Positions 37,029-49,515 of a stretch of DNA of 64,000 nt are shown here, one piece after another. The position numbers were made by a program, and so were the translations under genes. The notes under the pieces are model-generated. The model searched no databases, was not told where the DNA came from, and saw only the letters and a list, made by a program, of their open reading frames with translations. How positions within the stretch are numbered: the first letter of the stretch is position 1; each line of letters starts with the position of its first letter. The stretch comes from Chiloscyllium plagiosum (taxonomy: Eukaryota), in the NCBI RefSeq assembly GCF_004010195.1, contig NC_057719.1, positions 1,940,749 to 2,004,748 on the forward strand. The letters run 5' to 3'.

Positions 37029-39400
37029 GATTTGGGAGCGGTTGCAGATGTATCCACGGAATGCCAGCTGGCCTTGGAGAAGCAGGGTAGATATGGAGGA
37101 TACATGTTGGTGCCACTCAGTATTTGATGGGGTTGAACTGCCTAACCCTATTTGAACTGTTGAACTGCCTGCTGGGATCGCTCTGGAGGATTTCAGTGGG
37201 TGCTGGGTTTTGTTGTGAAGCAGTGAGCTGCTGTATGGTGCTGAGGATCAGCCATGACACTGTCTGAAAGCAGCGTCCAGCCCTCTGGCCTTGTTACCAT
37301 GCTCAGCTGTGTCCCTGCTGTTCCCATTGGTGAGTGTGGCTCTCCAGCTGATTGGTGGAAGCCTGGTTGCTAAGGGATTGTTTATTGTTTAGCATTGGGT
37401 TTTTTGTTGGTGTGTAGGTGAAGGGCAGACAGCTGTTACTGTCTAAACATTCAGAGCATTCAACCTTACCCAGAGAACAAATGTAAGGTTCTGTCAAAAA
37501 GGCCTCTCCTTGGTGTAAGGTGTCCACACCTGACTTTTAAATAACTCTTGCAGGCTCAGAGTAATCCATTGCCTCATACTGTCTGAATGTACTCACACTT
37601 GGATCTAAATTGGGTGAATTTTAATCTGTTTGGACACATGGAAACTCTAATGGAACTCAGTACACTGGGAATGAGCTCATCAGGGGCTTCTTGCCATGTT
37701 CACATAGCCAGAAAGAATTCCACCTGCTGGGAAAGTACAAAACCTAAAAATTTTTATTTCTAAATCAAATCCTAAGTGAAGAGCCCAGGTCTGTTGTCGG
37801 AAGGTAGACCTGTTTGTATTCACGGAGATTATGGCTGAGAGCTGTCTTAACCCTAGTTTCCTGCCTTGATAACGTAGAATTTAATATCTTTGCTTAAAAG
37901 AAAACTGTTAGCCTCAATTTTGATATTTTTAATTATCCCTCAGCCTCAGTAACATTTAAGAGCATGACTTTCAGATTTCCATGACTCAGTTATGAGAAAT
38001 GTTGCTTCCTAGCAACAGCCTGAATGGCTTATCTCTACTTGAAGGGTTGTATATGGGGCAATACCAAAAAGAGATGACCTGAGGTATGATTTGACAAGAG
38101 AGATGGTTCAAGGTGGAGGTACTGAATGTGGAAAAGAGTAAGGCCTTTTTGTAGGTATGTGAAAAACAATGCACACTCTTCTGCTTCTCCCAGGAGGGTA
38201 CTATCAGGCTGGGGAAGGTTCAAGAAGACTTACAGCCTTAGAGTAAAGGGAACACCTTTGCGAATAGAGATAATGATAAACTTCTTCAGCCAGAGAGTGG
38301 GGAATCTATGGAATCCATTGCCACAGAATCTGTGGAGGCCAGGTCATTGAGTATATTTAAGACAGAGATAGATAGTTTCTTGCTTGTCAAGGGGATCAAG
38401 GATTACGGGGACGAAGTAGGAAATGGGGTTGGGAAACCTAGCTATGACTAAGATGGAGCAGATGGGCTGAATGGCCTAATGCTCCTATGTCTTATGGTCT
38501 TACGTTGTTGGGAATGAAGGGTGTCAGTTATAAGGAGAGGCTGGATAGGCTGGGATGTTTTTCACTGGAGTGTTGAGGGGTGACCTTATAGCATCATGAG
38601 GGGTATAGATAAGATCAATGGCAGGTGTCTTTTCCCTGTGGTAGGGCATTTCGAGAGTTGGGGCCTATTTTTAAGGTGAGAAGAGAAAGGCCTCGAAAGG
38701 ACAAGAGGGGCAACTTTTTTACACAGAGTTACAGAGTATGGTCCGTGTGTGGACTGAACTTCCAGAGGAAGCAGCAGATGGGGGTGCAGTTACAACGTTT
38801 AAAAGACATTTGGATAAGACCATGAATAGGAAAGGTTTGGAGAGATATAAGCAAAACGCAGGCAGGTGGGACTCGATTGGTTTGGGAACATGATTGGCAT
38901 GGACTGGAGGGTCTATTTCCATACTGGATGACTCTAAGGGCACAGCAACATTTTCAATGTATGACACTTACACATTTTTTTAACTGTCCTGCAAATCATT
39001 TGCATACCTGCTTTTGTACCTTAGCTTCAAAACAGATCAACTTCCCAAAGAGGGGCCAGGGTTTCTGCTTGTGGTCAGTGTCCAACCACTCCATTTATTC
39101 CAACCATAGCTTGGACGTGGGCAAGATTGGCACCGGCTAGGTAGAGATGGGCAATAAATTCTAGTCAGTAATGCCTTCATCCTGAGGATCCATTTTATAA
39201 AAGAATCCTTTCAATAAAAAAAGAGCGTGCATTTATAAAGTGCCTTTCATGATTGTAAGAGACCTCAAAGCGGTTCACAGCCAATGAAATACCTTTTGAG
39301 GTGTTGTTATTGTTTTAAAGTTGGAAACGTGGGGCAAACAAATTGATCACAGCAAGGTAATACAAAACAGCAACATCAAAATGACAAGTTCCTCTGTTTT

Positions 39401-39525
39401 AAGTTAAAAATCACACAACACCAGGTTATGGTCCAACAGGTTTAATTGGAAGCACACTAGCTTTCGGAGCGACGCTCCTTCATCAGGTGATAGTGGAGGG
39501 CTCGATCGGAACGCAGAATTTATAG
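39401..39525 (-). mobile_element. Solo 125-bp pLTR-type insertion (GGAGC hammerhead family) with 11-bp TSD
   Basis: tcctctgtttt at 39390-39400 and 39526-39536. Same sequence as the arms of the 55654 palindrome. Confidence 0.82.
39455..39489 (-). ncRNA. Minimal hammerhead ribozyme motif (GGAGC family)
   Basis: CAC-CUGAUGA-A-GGAGC(GUC)GCUCC-GAAAG-CUA-GUG: stem I CAC/GUG, stem II GGAGC/GCUCC, palindromic AGCU. Confidence 0.75.
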
Positions 39526-42500
39526 TCCTCTGTTTTGGGTTTTGTTTGAGGATACTGGAGAGAATTCCCCTGCTTCTTTTTGAGTGATGACCATCCATCC
39601 TCTGTACTCATGTATGAGGATAGATTAGCTCTTTAACATCTGACTGAAAAATGCACCTCCAAAATTACAGCACTCCTTTACTGTGTTGTATGTGACAGCT
39701 CAAATTATACACGTATTCGAGGCTCTGAAATGTGACTTGAGCTGATGACATTGCTACATGTGGCCAATACCGAATGAGAGGAGTTTCTGCAAGTCTTTGA
39801 CACCACATTTGAGACCATTCATTCAGCAGCTGCATCCCTCCTTTTCCCTCATCCATAGAACATAGAACATTACAGTGCAGTACAGGCCCTTCAGCCCTCG
39901 ATGTTGAGCCAACCTGTCATACCAATCTGAAGCCCATCTAACCTCCACTATTCCACTTTCATCCACATGTCTATCCAATGAGCACTTAAATGCCCTTAAA
40001 GTTGGTGAGTCTACTACTGTTGCAGGCACTGCGTTTCACACCCCACTACTCTCCGAGTAAAGAAACTACCTCTGACATCTGTCTGTTGGCCCACATTTCT
40101 CCTCATGTTCAAACATGCACCAAGTCCTGTTCACCTTTCAACTCTTTGTTGACCCATGGTGACCCCCATTCCAACAAAATGTCAATATTAAAAAATTCTT
40201 ATCCTTGTTTCCAAATGTCTGTGTGGCCTTGCCTTTCCCTATCAATGGAATCCCTTCCAACCTGACACCTGGCAGTGCACATTGCTGCAGCTCTGCCCAC
40301 TTGTATGTTCCTGGTTTTGCACACTGCATCATTGATGCCCATGCCTTGACCTGCTTGGGTCCTGAGCCCTGAGTTTCTCCTTTAAATCCTTCACCTCACT
40401 TTCTTCCTTTAAGATAGTCTTTAAAGCCCACGTCCTTGACAACCATTTTGTTATCTTTCCTGGTATCTCTTTATGTCACTTGGTATCACGTTTCTTTTAC
40501 TAATGTTCCTCTGAAGCTCCCTTACTTCATTAAAGATGCTGTGTACATGTAAGTTGTTATTGTTGCTGAGCATGCTGCTGAATGTCAGTCACTGAGACTT
40601 TGAGGTCGAACTCTTGAACGATTCAGGAGCTGTGGGGTGGGGGCGGGGGTGGTTGTAATTGATGTATGGTAAAATAAAAACGCAAGTCAGTTGCTACCCA
40701 CTGATTTTTAAAAGACTGCTGAAGGGCTATGGCCAGTTGAAGCCCTTGCCTCTCCCCACCCCTGTATGCAGCCATTGTAAACTCTGCTAACCGGGAACCT
40801 CTGTTCTTTCCGCGCTCTTTTTGTTAAAACCTTTTTTGCCTGTGCCACCTCCATGAGCCCTGCACAGCTGGCCTGGCATAAAGTGCAGGTTTTATAGTCA
40901 CTGCTTTCTGTCTACAAGATGGAACACGCCAGTGCAGTTAACCATCACAACCTGTCAGGCTTCAGTGGAAACATTTTGAATAATTGAGGGGGAAAGGCCG
41001 CCAAGTTTCTCACTGTGAAGCACTCTGTGCTAGTTATTTCTCAGCACCAGTCACACCGTGTCAATGGCATAAATATCAGTGCCTGTAGGAAATCTCCATA
41101 TGGGAGTGAGGGGCAGAGGGAATACATGGACACACTGGAGTGTTGGAGCAGGGAACTGTTATTACATGCCTCAAGCAAAGGGGAAATAGGTAGGAAGAGT
41201 TTGGGAGATCAGAGAGATGGGGCTGCACTTGGAAATTGGATGTGAATACAGGATCTGAGAGAGGGTCCAGTTAGGGGATATAATCCCTGCCAAAATAATC
41301 TAGAGGGGAGCCATTGTTTAATGATCAATCTTATTATTTCATTGAAATGTACAGAATGATTGACTCCACATAATCCTCGCTCGCCACTATGGAACTTTGA
41401 TTTTGTTTAGTTGCAGTATTGTCATTGGACTTTTTCTGCTTTCTGCAATTTTTAACAATTCATTGTTTACCTTCCCATTAATTAAATGTCACCAAGTGAT
41501 GGGACACCAGAGTGGCTCTCTGCACTCAATGTCTTCTCTTATGGCTTGGAATATGTAAACTATTATTCAGTAGGCTGAATTTTTATCTCCCTTTTTGGTT
41601 TTACCTCTCTCATTCTCGGTTTCTGTCTTTATCTCTCTCTCTTTCTGTCTTTCACTAGCTGTTCACATTTTCTGGCTCTCCCTGTCATTTCTTCCAACCT
41701 TTCTCTCTCTCACACACACACTCACTCTCTCTCTTGCTTTCAGTCTCTCACTTTGTCTCTGCCTCTCTGTTTATGTCTCCATGTCTCTGTCTCATCTCCT
41801 CTTTCTTTCCCTCACTTCCGTCTCTCTCTCTCTTTTGCCTTACCCATCTCTCGCTCCCTCCTTCTCTCAGTCTGTCTTGCACTGCCTGTCTCTGACTCTC
41901 ACCATTTAATAGATGCTAATATAAAGCCAGTATTCTTCTAAAACTTCCTCCCACCTCCCTTCTAAGCTTCAGTACACACTGTTCCTGCTCCCTGCAGTTC
42001 TGAATATCTGTCAAGCTGTATTCTAATTCATTCATTCCAAAGACTTCTCTTCCTCCTACACTCTCAAAAGCTTTCAGACTTCAAGCTTCACGATACCTAA
42101 TGCTCCTTGCAGAATGATGTCTGCATCTTTCCTCTTATTTTTGAAACTTGATGTGTGCCATTTAAACACAGAAAGCTACATCATGATGAGCGAGGAGGTA
42201 GCTCAGAGACTTGCAGGGCTCATCATTGATAATGACCAGATTTTGGAGAGACTGCCTGTATTTAAAATTGAAAAGGCACCAGAACTGGATGAGCTGTATC
42301 GGAGGATGACGAGGTTGGTGAGAATGGAAATTAATTGCCCTGGCAATAATCTTTCAGTCTTTTTCAGACTTGGGTGTGGCCAGAGGACTGGAGAATTGCA
42401 AATGTTGCATCCTTATTCAAAAAGATATAAAGCTGTGTACAGCAACTAGAGAAATGTTTAACCTCAGTGGTGGGGAAGTTTCTATAAATGATAATTTGGT

Positions 42501-43194
42501 ACAAAATGAATGCTCTACTGTGTGTCCACAAATAAAGCCAGTATGATAACTAACTTGCTTGAATGTTTTGCTGAGGTAACAGAGAAGGTTGATGAGGGTA
42601 ACACAGTTGGGGTCCATCTACATGGACTTCCAAACTCACCACAGATCTGTGTGCAAAATTATGTGTCATGGAATAAAAGGGACAGTAGCAACGTGAATGA
42701 GGAATGGGCTGAATGACATGAATTGGAGAGTAGGGGAGTTGTAGTGGAGTGGCCAGGGATCAGTCTCTTTCTAAGATACATATGAAGACCTAGACTTCTC
42801 TATGCAGGGCACAAATTCAAAATGTTCAAATAATACAAACTTGGAAACATTAGGAACTATGAGGACATTGTAGAACTTCAAAACAGCATTGGCTGGCAGA
42901 GTGTGAGACACATAGCAGATGAAATTTAATGCAGAGAATGATGAGATCATGTGTTTTGGTAAGAAGAAAGCAGAAAGTCAGTATAAAATATAGACTACAA
43001 TTCCAAAGGGGTATATATGTATCAACCAATCATTGAAGGATGCAGCATGAGTTGAGAAGCCAGTTAATAAGGAATACAGTGACCTTCAATAATAGGGACT
43101 TCAAGTACAAGAGCAAGGATGTCCTTATATAAAGTTGAAGTCACTTACCAGATTATAGGGCTGCTCTCTCATTAGAGAGAGACAGAGAGACTGG

Positions 43195-44370
43195 ACTTTA
43201 GTAAGGAGTTCCCCATGGTAGACTAATGGAGAAAGTGCAGTTACATGGTGTGCAGGGTGTTCTAGCTAGGTGGATAAAGAACTACTTGAGCAACAGGAGA
43301 CAGAGAGTAGTAGTTGAAGGGAGTTTCTCAAAATGGAGAAAGGTGACCAGTGGTGTTCCACAGGGGTCAGTGTTGGGGCCACTGTTGTTTGTAATATACA
43401 TAAATGATCTGGAAGAGGGCACTGTTGGTATGATCAGCAAGTTTGCAGATGACACAAAGATTGGTGGAGTAGCAGAAAGCATAAGGGACGGTCAGAGAAT
43501 ACAGGAGGATCTAGATAGACTGGAGGGTTGGGCGGAGAAGTGGCAGTTGGAGTTCAATCCAGATAAATGTGAGGTGATGTATTTAGGCAAGTCTAATTCT
43601 AGAGCGAATTATACAGTGAATGGAAGAGCCTTGGGAAAAATTGATGGGCAGAGGGATCTGGGAGTCCAGATCCATTGTACCCTGAAGGCTGCTGCACAGG
43701 TGGATAGAGTGGTCAAGAAGGCATATAGTATGCTTGCCTCCATCGGATGGGGTATTGAGTATAAGAGCTGGCAGGTAATGTTAAAATTGGACAAGACATT
43801 GGTTCGGCCGCATTTAGAATACTATGTACAGTTCTGGTCACCACATTACCAAAAGGATGTGGACGCTTTGGAGAGGGTGCAGAGAAGGTTAACAAGGATG
43901 TTGCCTGGTATGGAAGGTGCTAGCTATGAAGAGAGGTTGAGTAGGTTAGGTTTATTTTCATTAGAAAATAGGAGATTGAGGGGGGACCTGATTGAGGTTT
44001 ACAAAATCATGAAGGGTATAGACAGGGTGGATAGAGACAAGCTTTTTCCCAGGGTGAAGGATTCAATAACGAGAGGTCACGTGTGAAAGGTGAGAGGTGA
44101 GAAGTTTAAGGGGTATATATGTGGCAAGTACTTTACACAGAGGATGGTAGTTGCCTGGAACACGTTGCCAGCAGAGGTAGAAGAGGCAGGCACAGTGGAT
44201 TCATTTAAGGTGCGCCTGGACAGATGTATGAGTAGGTGGGGAGCAGAGGGATACAGACACTTAGGAATTGGGCGATAGGTTTAGACAGTGGATTTGGATT
44301 GGCTCAGGCTTGGAGGGCAGAAGGACCTGTTCCTGGGCTGTAAATTTTCTTTGTTCTTTGTTCTTGTTCT
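43195..44370 (+). mobile_element. CR1-clade LINE, 5'-truncated RT domain + 3' UTR
   Basis: ORF 43226-44086 with VTSGVPQGSVLGPLLFVIYINDL, SKFADDTKIGG, LVRPHLEY and [14 protein letters not shown]. Ends in a (TTCTTTG)n-like tail. Confidence 0.95.
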
Positions 44371-44719
44371 GGTTATCCTGTGTGTCACCATGCCTCAGGT
44401 TGAGAAGGAGAATCTTTCATGATAACCTCAGCTGGTGCAGGAATTGAATCCATATTGTTGGCATCACTCTGCATCATAAACCAACTATTCATCCAACTGA
44501 GCTAACCAACCTCCATTGATAAGTGAAATATTGTGTCCAGTTCTGGGGGGTTACTCTTTGGGAAGTACTGGAAACCATTGGAGAAAGTGCAGGAAACATT
44601 CAGGAGAACAGTTGTAAGGATGAGGAACTTCAGTTTTTGTGGATAGATGGAGAAGCTGGGGCTGTTTCCCTTGGAGAGAAGAAGGTTGTAACAGATCTGA
44701 TTGAGGTGTTTAAACAGAT

Positions 44720-46630
44720 CCAGCAACTCAAGACTGGACATCGATGAGGCGCTGTGGACAATCACCAGCAGCAGAACCGTACTCCAGCACAATCTGTAAC
44801 CTCGTGGCCTGGCATATCCCCCACTCAACCATTCCCATCAAACCGGGGGATCAACCCTGGTTCACTAGAGAGTGCAGGAGGGCATGCCAGGAGCAACACC
44901 TGGCATACCTCAAGAGGAGGTGTGAAGCTACCAAACAGGACTGCTTGCATACCAAACACATGAGCAGCAAGTGATAGACAGAGGTAAGAAATCCCACAAC
45001 CATTGGATCAGATCTAAGCTCTGCAGTTTTCCTACATCCAGTCAAGAATGATGGTGGACAATGAGACAGTTCACTGGAGGAGGAAGTTCCACAAATATCT
45101 CCATCCTGCTGAAGTCTGAAAGTCCGCTGACAAAGCCAGCTCTTCCTGTTTACAAGGCTATACAAGATTCTCATCAAGCAGCATCTCTGAAGGCGCTAAA
45201 TACTGCAAAACATATGGGCCCTAACAACATTCCATTATAGTACTAAAGACATGTGCTCCAGAACTTGCCGCTGCCCGAGTCAAGCTGGTCCAGTACAGTT
45301 ACAACACTAGTATCTACACGACAGTGTGGAAAGTTGCCCAGGAATGTCCTGTACATAAAAAACAGGACAAATTTAACCCAGCCAATTACCATCCCATCAG
45401 TCTACTCTCAATCAGTAAAGTGATGGAAGGGGTCACCAACAGCACCTGCTCAGCAATAACCTGCTCAGTGACGCCCAGTTTGGGTTCCCCCAGGGCCACT
45501 CAGCTCCTGACCTCATTACAGCCTTGGCTCAAACACAGACAAAAGAGCTGGATTCCAGACGGGAGGGGAGAGGGACAGCCCTTGACATCAAGGCCACATT
45601 CAACTGAGTGTGGCATCAAGGAGCCCTGGCAAAACTGGAATCAGTGGGTGTCAGGTGGAGACCTCTCTGCTGGTTGGAGTCACACCAAGTATGTGGATGT
45701 GGTTGTTGGAGGTCACTCATCTCAGTTCCAGGATATCTGTGTGGGAGTTCCTCAGGGTAGTGTCCTAGGCCCTATCTTCAAGTGACCTTCCTCCATCATA
45801 ATGTCAGAGTGGGGATGTTTACTAATGATTTAACAATGTTCAGCATCATTCGTGACTCCTCGGATACTGAAGCAGTCCGTGTCCGGGTTTGGGCTGACAA
45901 GTGGTAAGTAAAACTTGTATTATACAAGTTCCAGGGAATGACCATCTCCGTCAGGAGAGAATTAAACCATCACTCCTTCATATTCAATGGTGTCCCTATA
46001 ACTGAATCCTCCATTATCAACACCCATTGACCAGAAACTGAACTGGACTCGTCTGTGTAAGTACTGTTGCCATGAGGGCAGATCAGAGGCTAGGAATACC
46101 GCAGCAGATAACTCACCTCCTGATTCTCCAAAGCCTGTCCACCTTCTACAAGGAATGTGATGAAATACTCCCCAATTGCCTCCATTGTTGCAGCTCCAAC
46201 AATATTCAAGAAGTTTAACACAATCAATCCCTCTCTCCCCCACCGACGCTCAGTAGCAGCAGTCTGTACCATCTTCAAGATGCACTGCAGACATTCACCA
46301 AAGCTCCTCAGACAGCACCTTCCAATCCCATGGCCATTTGCATCGAGAAGGACAAGGGAGGCAGATAAATGGGAAGATGAGAACAAGTTCCCCTCCAAGC
46401 CATCCACCATGCTGACTTGGAAATTTATCGCTGTTCCTTCACTGTCATTGGGTCAAAATCCTGGAATTCCCTCCTTTAAGGGCATTGTGGATCTACCTAC
46501 AGCACATGGACTGCAGCCGTTCAAGAAGCCAGTTCAGCCCCACCTTCTTAAGGGCAACTAAGAATGGCCAGTAAATGCTGGGCCCAGCCAGCGACATCCA
46601 TATCCCATGAACGAATAGCAAAAAAAAACA
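44720..46630 (+). mobile_element. Same LINE family as 18215/33095, longer degenerate copy with A-rich end
   Basis: IKPGDQPWF, WKVAQECPVHKKQDKFNPANYHPISLLS and GVPQGSVLGP motifs. 3' tail ...gctgggcccagccagcgacatccatatcccatgaacgaatagcaaaaaaaaa. Confidence 0.88.
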
Positions 46631-48029
46631 TGAGTGGGCCTAGACAGAGTAGATGCAGAAGCTGTTCCCATTGACTGAAGGATTGAAAGCCAGAGGAAAC
46701 TGATTTCAGGGGACAGGCCACTGGAGGATGATGTTCACACAGCAAGTGGTTCAGATCTCAAACGTAGTAGAGGCAGGTTCAATCGATGTATTCGAGAGAA
46801 TTTTTTTTTTATCCAAAACTACAGAGTTATGGGGATAAGGTGGGCAATTTGTTCCTTCAGAGAGCCAGCACAGATGCAATGAACCAAATGGTCTTCTTTA
46901 TGCTGTTACTGCTCTGAAGTTCTGTGAAGAAAGACTAACATCACCTAATTCAGCTTTCACCCTAATCATATGATACATTAACAGCTTCATTCACTAATTA
47001 CAGTCATTAACCTTTATTAATGAATCTATAACAGGAGCAAATATGAGTTAGGAATCTGCCATTTGGGAGGGGGGGGTGGTTTGTGAACCATGGTCTAAAA
47101 TCACCTGGTCCTCACAAGTGACCTCCATTCACTATTCGTAGTGTCTCAAAATGACCCTCCAGCTCCTTTCTCCATATCAAGAGATATTGCCTACCAACAA
47201 TGAGGGAGGTGATAGCTGAATGGTATTATCACTCAACTATTAATCCAGAGATCCAGGTGATGTTCTGTGGATCTGCGTTCAAATCCTGTCATGGCAGATG
47301 GTGGAATTTGAGTTCAATTTAAAAAAAAATCTGGAATTAAGAGTCTATTGATGACCATGAGATCATCATTGATTGTCAGGAAAAACCATCTGGGTCACTA
47401 ATATCCTTCAGGGAAAGAAACTGCCATCCTTACCTGGTCTGGCCTACACGTGACTCCAGACCCACAGCAATGTGGTTGATTCTTGGCCAAGTAGGGACAG
47501 GCAATAACTGCTGGCTCAGCCAGTGACACCCTCATCCTGTGAATAAATAAAGAAAAAAAGTTACTTCAGACTCTGTGTTTTATAGTCAGCATTGGTGTCC
47601 CGGCAACTGTTCCCAAAGGTTTATGTCCATCTTGTTAGCTATGGCAGCTAGTTTACCTTTTACCCATGCTCCCTAAACAGCAGCAACAAAAGCCTGCATT
47701 TATGTAGAACTCCTCAAGTCAGTTACATCTCTGATCTGTTTTGTTCTTCATTCTATAATGTACCGGATTTAAAGTTACAGTGACTTGTTAATGGAACTCT
47801 GACACCCATTCTCTCTCTCTCTGATTTTACTCCACGTTTTTTTTCTATTTTTTTCTGTTTCTATTATGACTTCAGCTGATGGAGTTATTGGGAAGTCAGA
47901 TCCAGAATAAACTTAGATTAACAGATCATCTGTCTACAGTTTTGTTTAGCTGGTTAACGTGGTGGTTAATTACTGGGACATAGTCACATGACGCTGCAGA
48001 TTTTCTGTAATAAGAGAATGTAGGTTTAT

Positions 48030-48250
48030 CAAAGGTGAAGTCACCATTGTCTTACCAGACCTCTCGCCAGCTGTCAATGAGAGCTACTTCCTCATCAGAG
48101 AGAGAGAGAGAGAAAACCAGTGATGCTTTAACCAGAGGGTCACCATGCCTCAGAAAGTCATTATGGTAAGCTCAGTTGGTGTAGGAATTGAACTCACATT
48201 ACTCGCATTACTCTGAATCACAAACCAGTCATCCAACCAACTGAGCTAGA
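48030..48250 (-). mobile_element. Further tRNA-derived SINE family; copies at ~30700-30870, 43130-43195 + 44370-44512 (split by CR1), 7110-7230
   Basis: Minus-strand head ttagctcagttggatg...gttcaattcct.caccagctgag and shared body ctctctcattagagagaga..gggtcaccatgcctcagg. Confidence 0.6.
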
Positions 48251-48610
48251 GACAAAGAAAACCAAGGTACCAAAATGTAAAACACCATTAGCCAGATGTA
48301 AAATACAGAGGAAACAAAGTTTCCCAACACGATCCATTACAGAGATTCGAGTCCAGAGAAATTACACCCCACTTTCAACTCTTTAGAGCTCCACTAAACT
48401 TTCCAGATCTGAACTTGCAACATGAACGTCTCCTGAAATCTGAGTGTACAGTTTGTCAGGTCCCTAGTTTGGAATTTTCACAAACTTAGCCATACCACTG
48501 AGGTAATTAGCTCCTGAACTGCCCTAAACAACTTCTAGGAAAGAAGCTAAACTTGGTTTAAAACAAGCAACCCTGGTCCCATCTGAACGACACCTTACTT
48601 GTTTAACTGG

Positions 48611-49515
48611 GAGAAAGTGAGGACTGCAGGTGCTGGAGATCAGAGTCGAGAGTGTGTTGCTGAAAAAACGCAGCAGTTCAGGCAGCATCCGAGGAGCAGG
48701 AAAATTGACGTTTCGGGTATAAGCGCTTCATCAGCAATGAGGCTTGTGGGTCGGAGCTGAGAGACAAATGGGAGGGAGGGTGGGGTTGGGGGGAAGGTAG
48801 CTGAGAAAGCGATAGGTGGATGAAGGTGAGGGAGAAGATGATAGGTCAGAGGGGGGAGTGATGGACAGGTCTACATTTATCCCGTGTGGTTGCAGGGTAA
48901 ATCCGCATTTATACTGTGTGGTCCCAAGCCTCCATCTCGGTTTCCTCATTTCCCCTACCCCCACATTGTCCCAGTCACAAGCCTCCATCTCGGCACCGCC
49001 CGACATTGGCAGAGGTACAGGTGAATTTCTGAAGGACGTAGAAGGATCCCTTGGGGCCTTGGACGGAGGTGAGGGGAGTGGTGTGGGCGCAGGTTTTGCA
49101 TTTCCTGCAGTGGCAGAGAAAGGTGTCAGGAGTCTGGTGTGGGCTGGGGCGTGGACCTGACGAGGGAGTCGCGGAGGGAATGGTCTTTCCAGAACACTAA
49201 TAGGGGTGGGGAGGGAAATATATCTTTGGTGGTGGGGTCTGTTTGGAGGTGGAGGAAGTGGCAGGGATGATGCGTTGTATGCAGAGGTTGGTGGGGTGTA
49301 AGGTGAGGCCCAGGGGTGTTCTGTACTTGTTGCATTATGAGGGGTGGGGGTTCAAGGGCAGTGATGAGTGAGGTGTTAGAAATGCGCTGGAGGGCATTGT
49401 CAACCATGTGAGAAGGGACATTGTGATTGTGGAAGAAGGAGGCCATGTGGGGTTTTCTGAAGTGGAAGTGGTCATCCTGGGAACAGATGTGGTGGAGGCG
49501 GAGGAATTGGGAATA
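48611..49515 (-). mobile_element. Penelope-like element (same family as 17292) with RT thumb/linker remnant and terminal repeat
   Basis: Minus-strand YSQFLRLHHICSQDDHFH..MASFF..., DPTTKDIFPSPPLLVF.KDHSLRDSLVRS and RLGT/LQPHGINVD. pLTR at 48611-48735. Confidence 0.82.
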
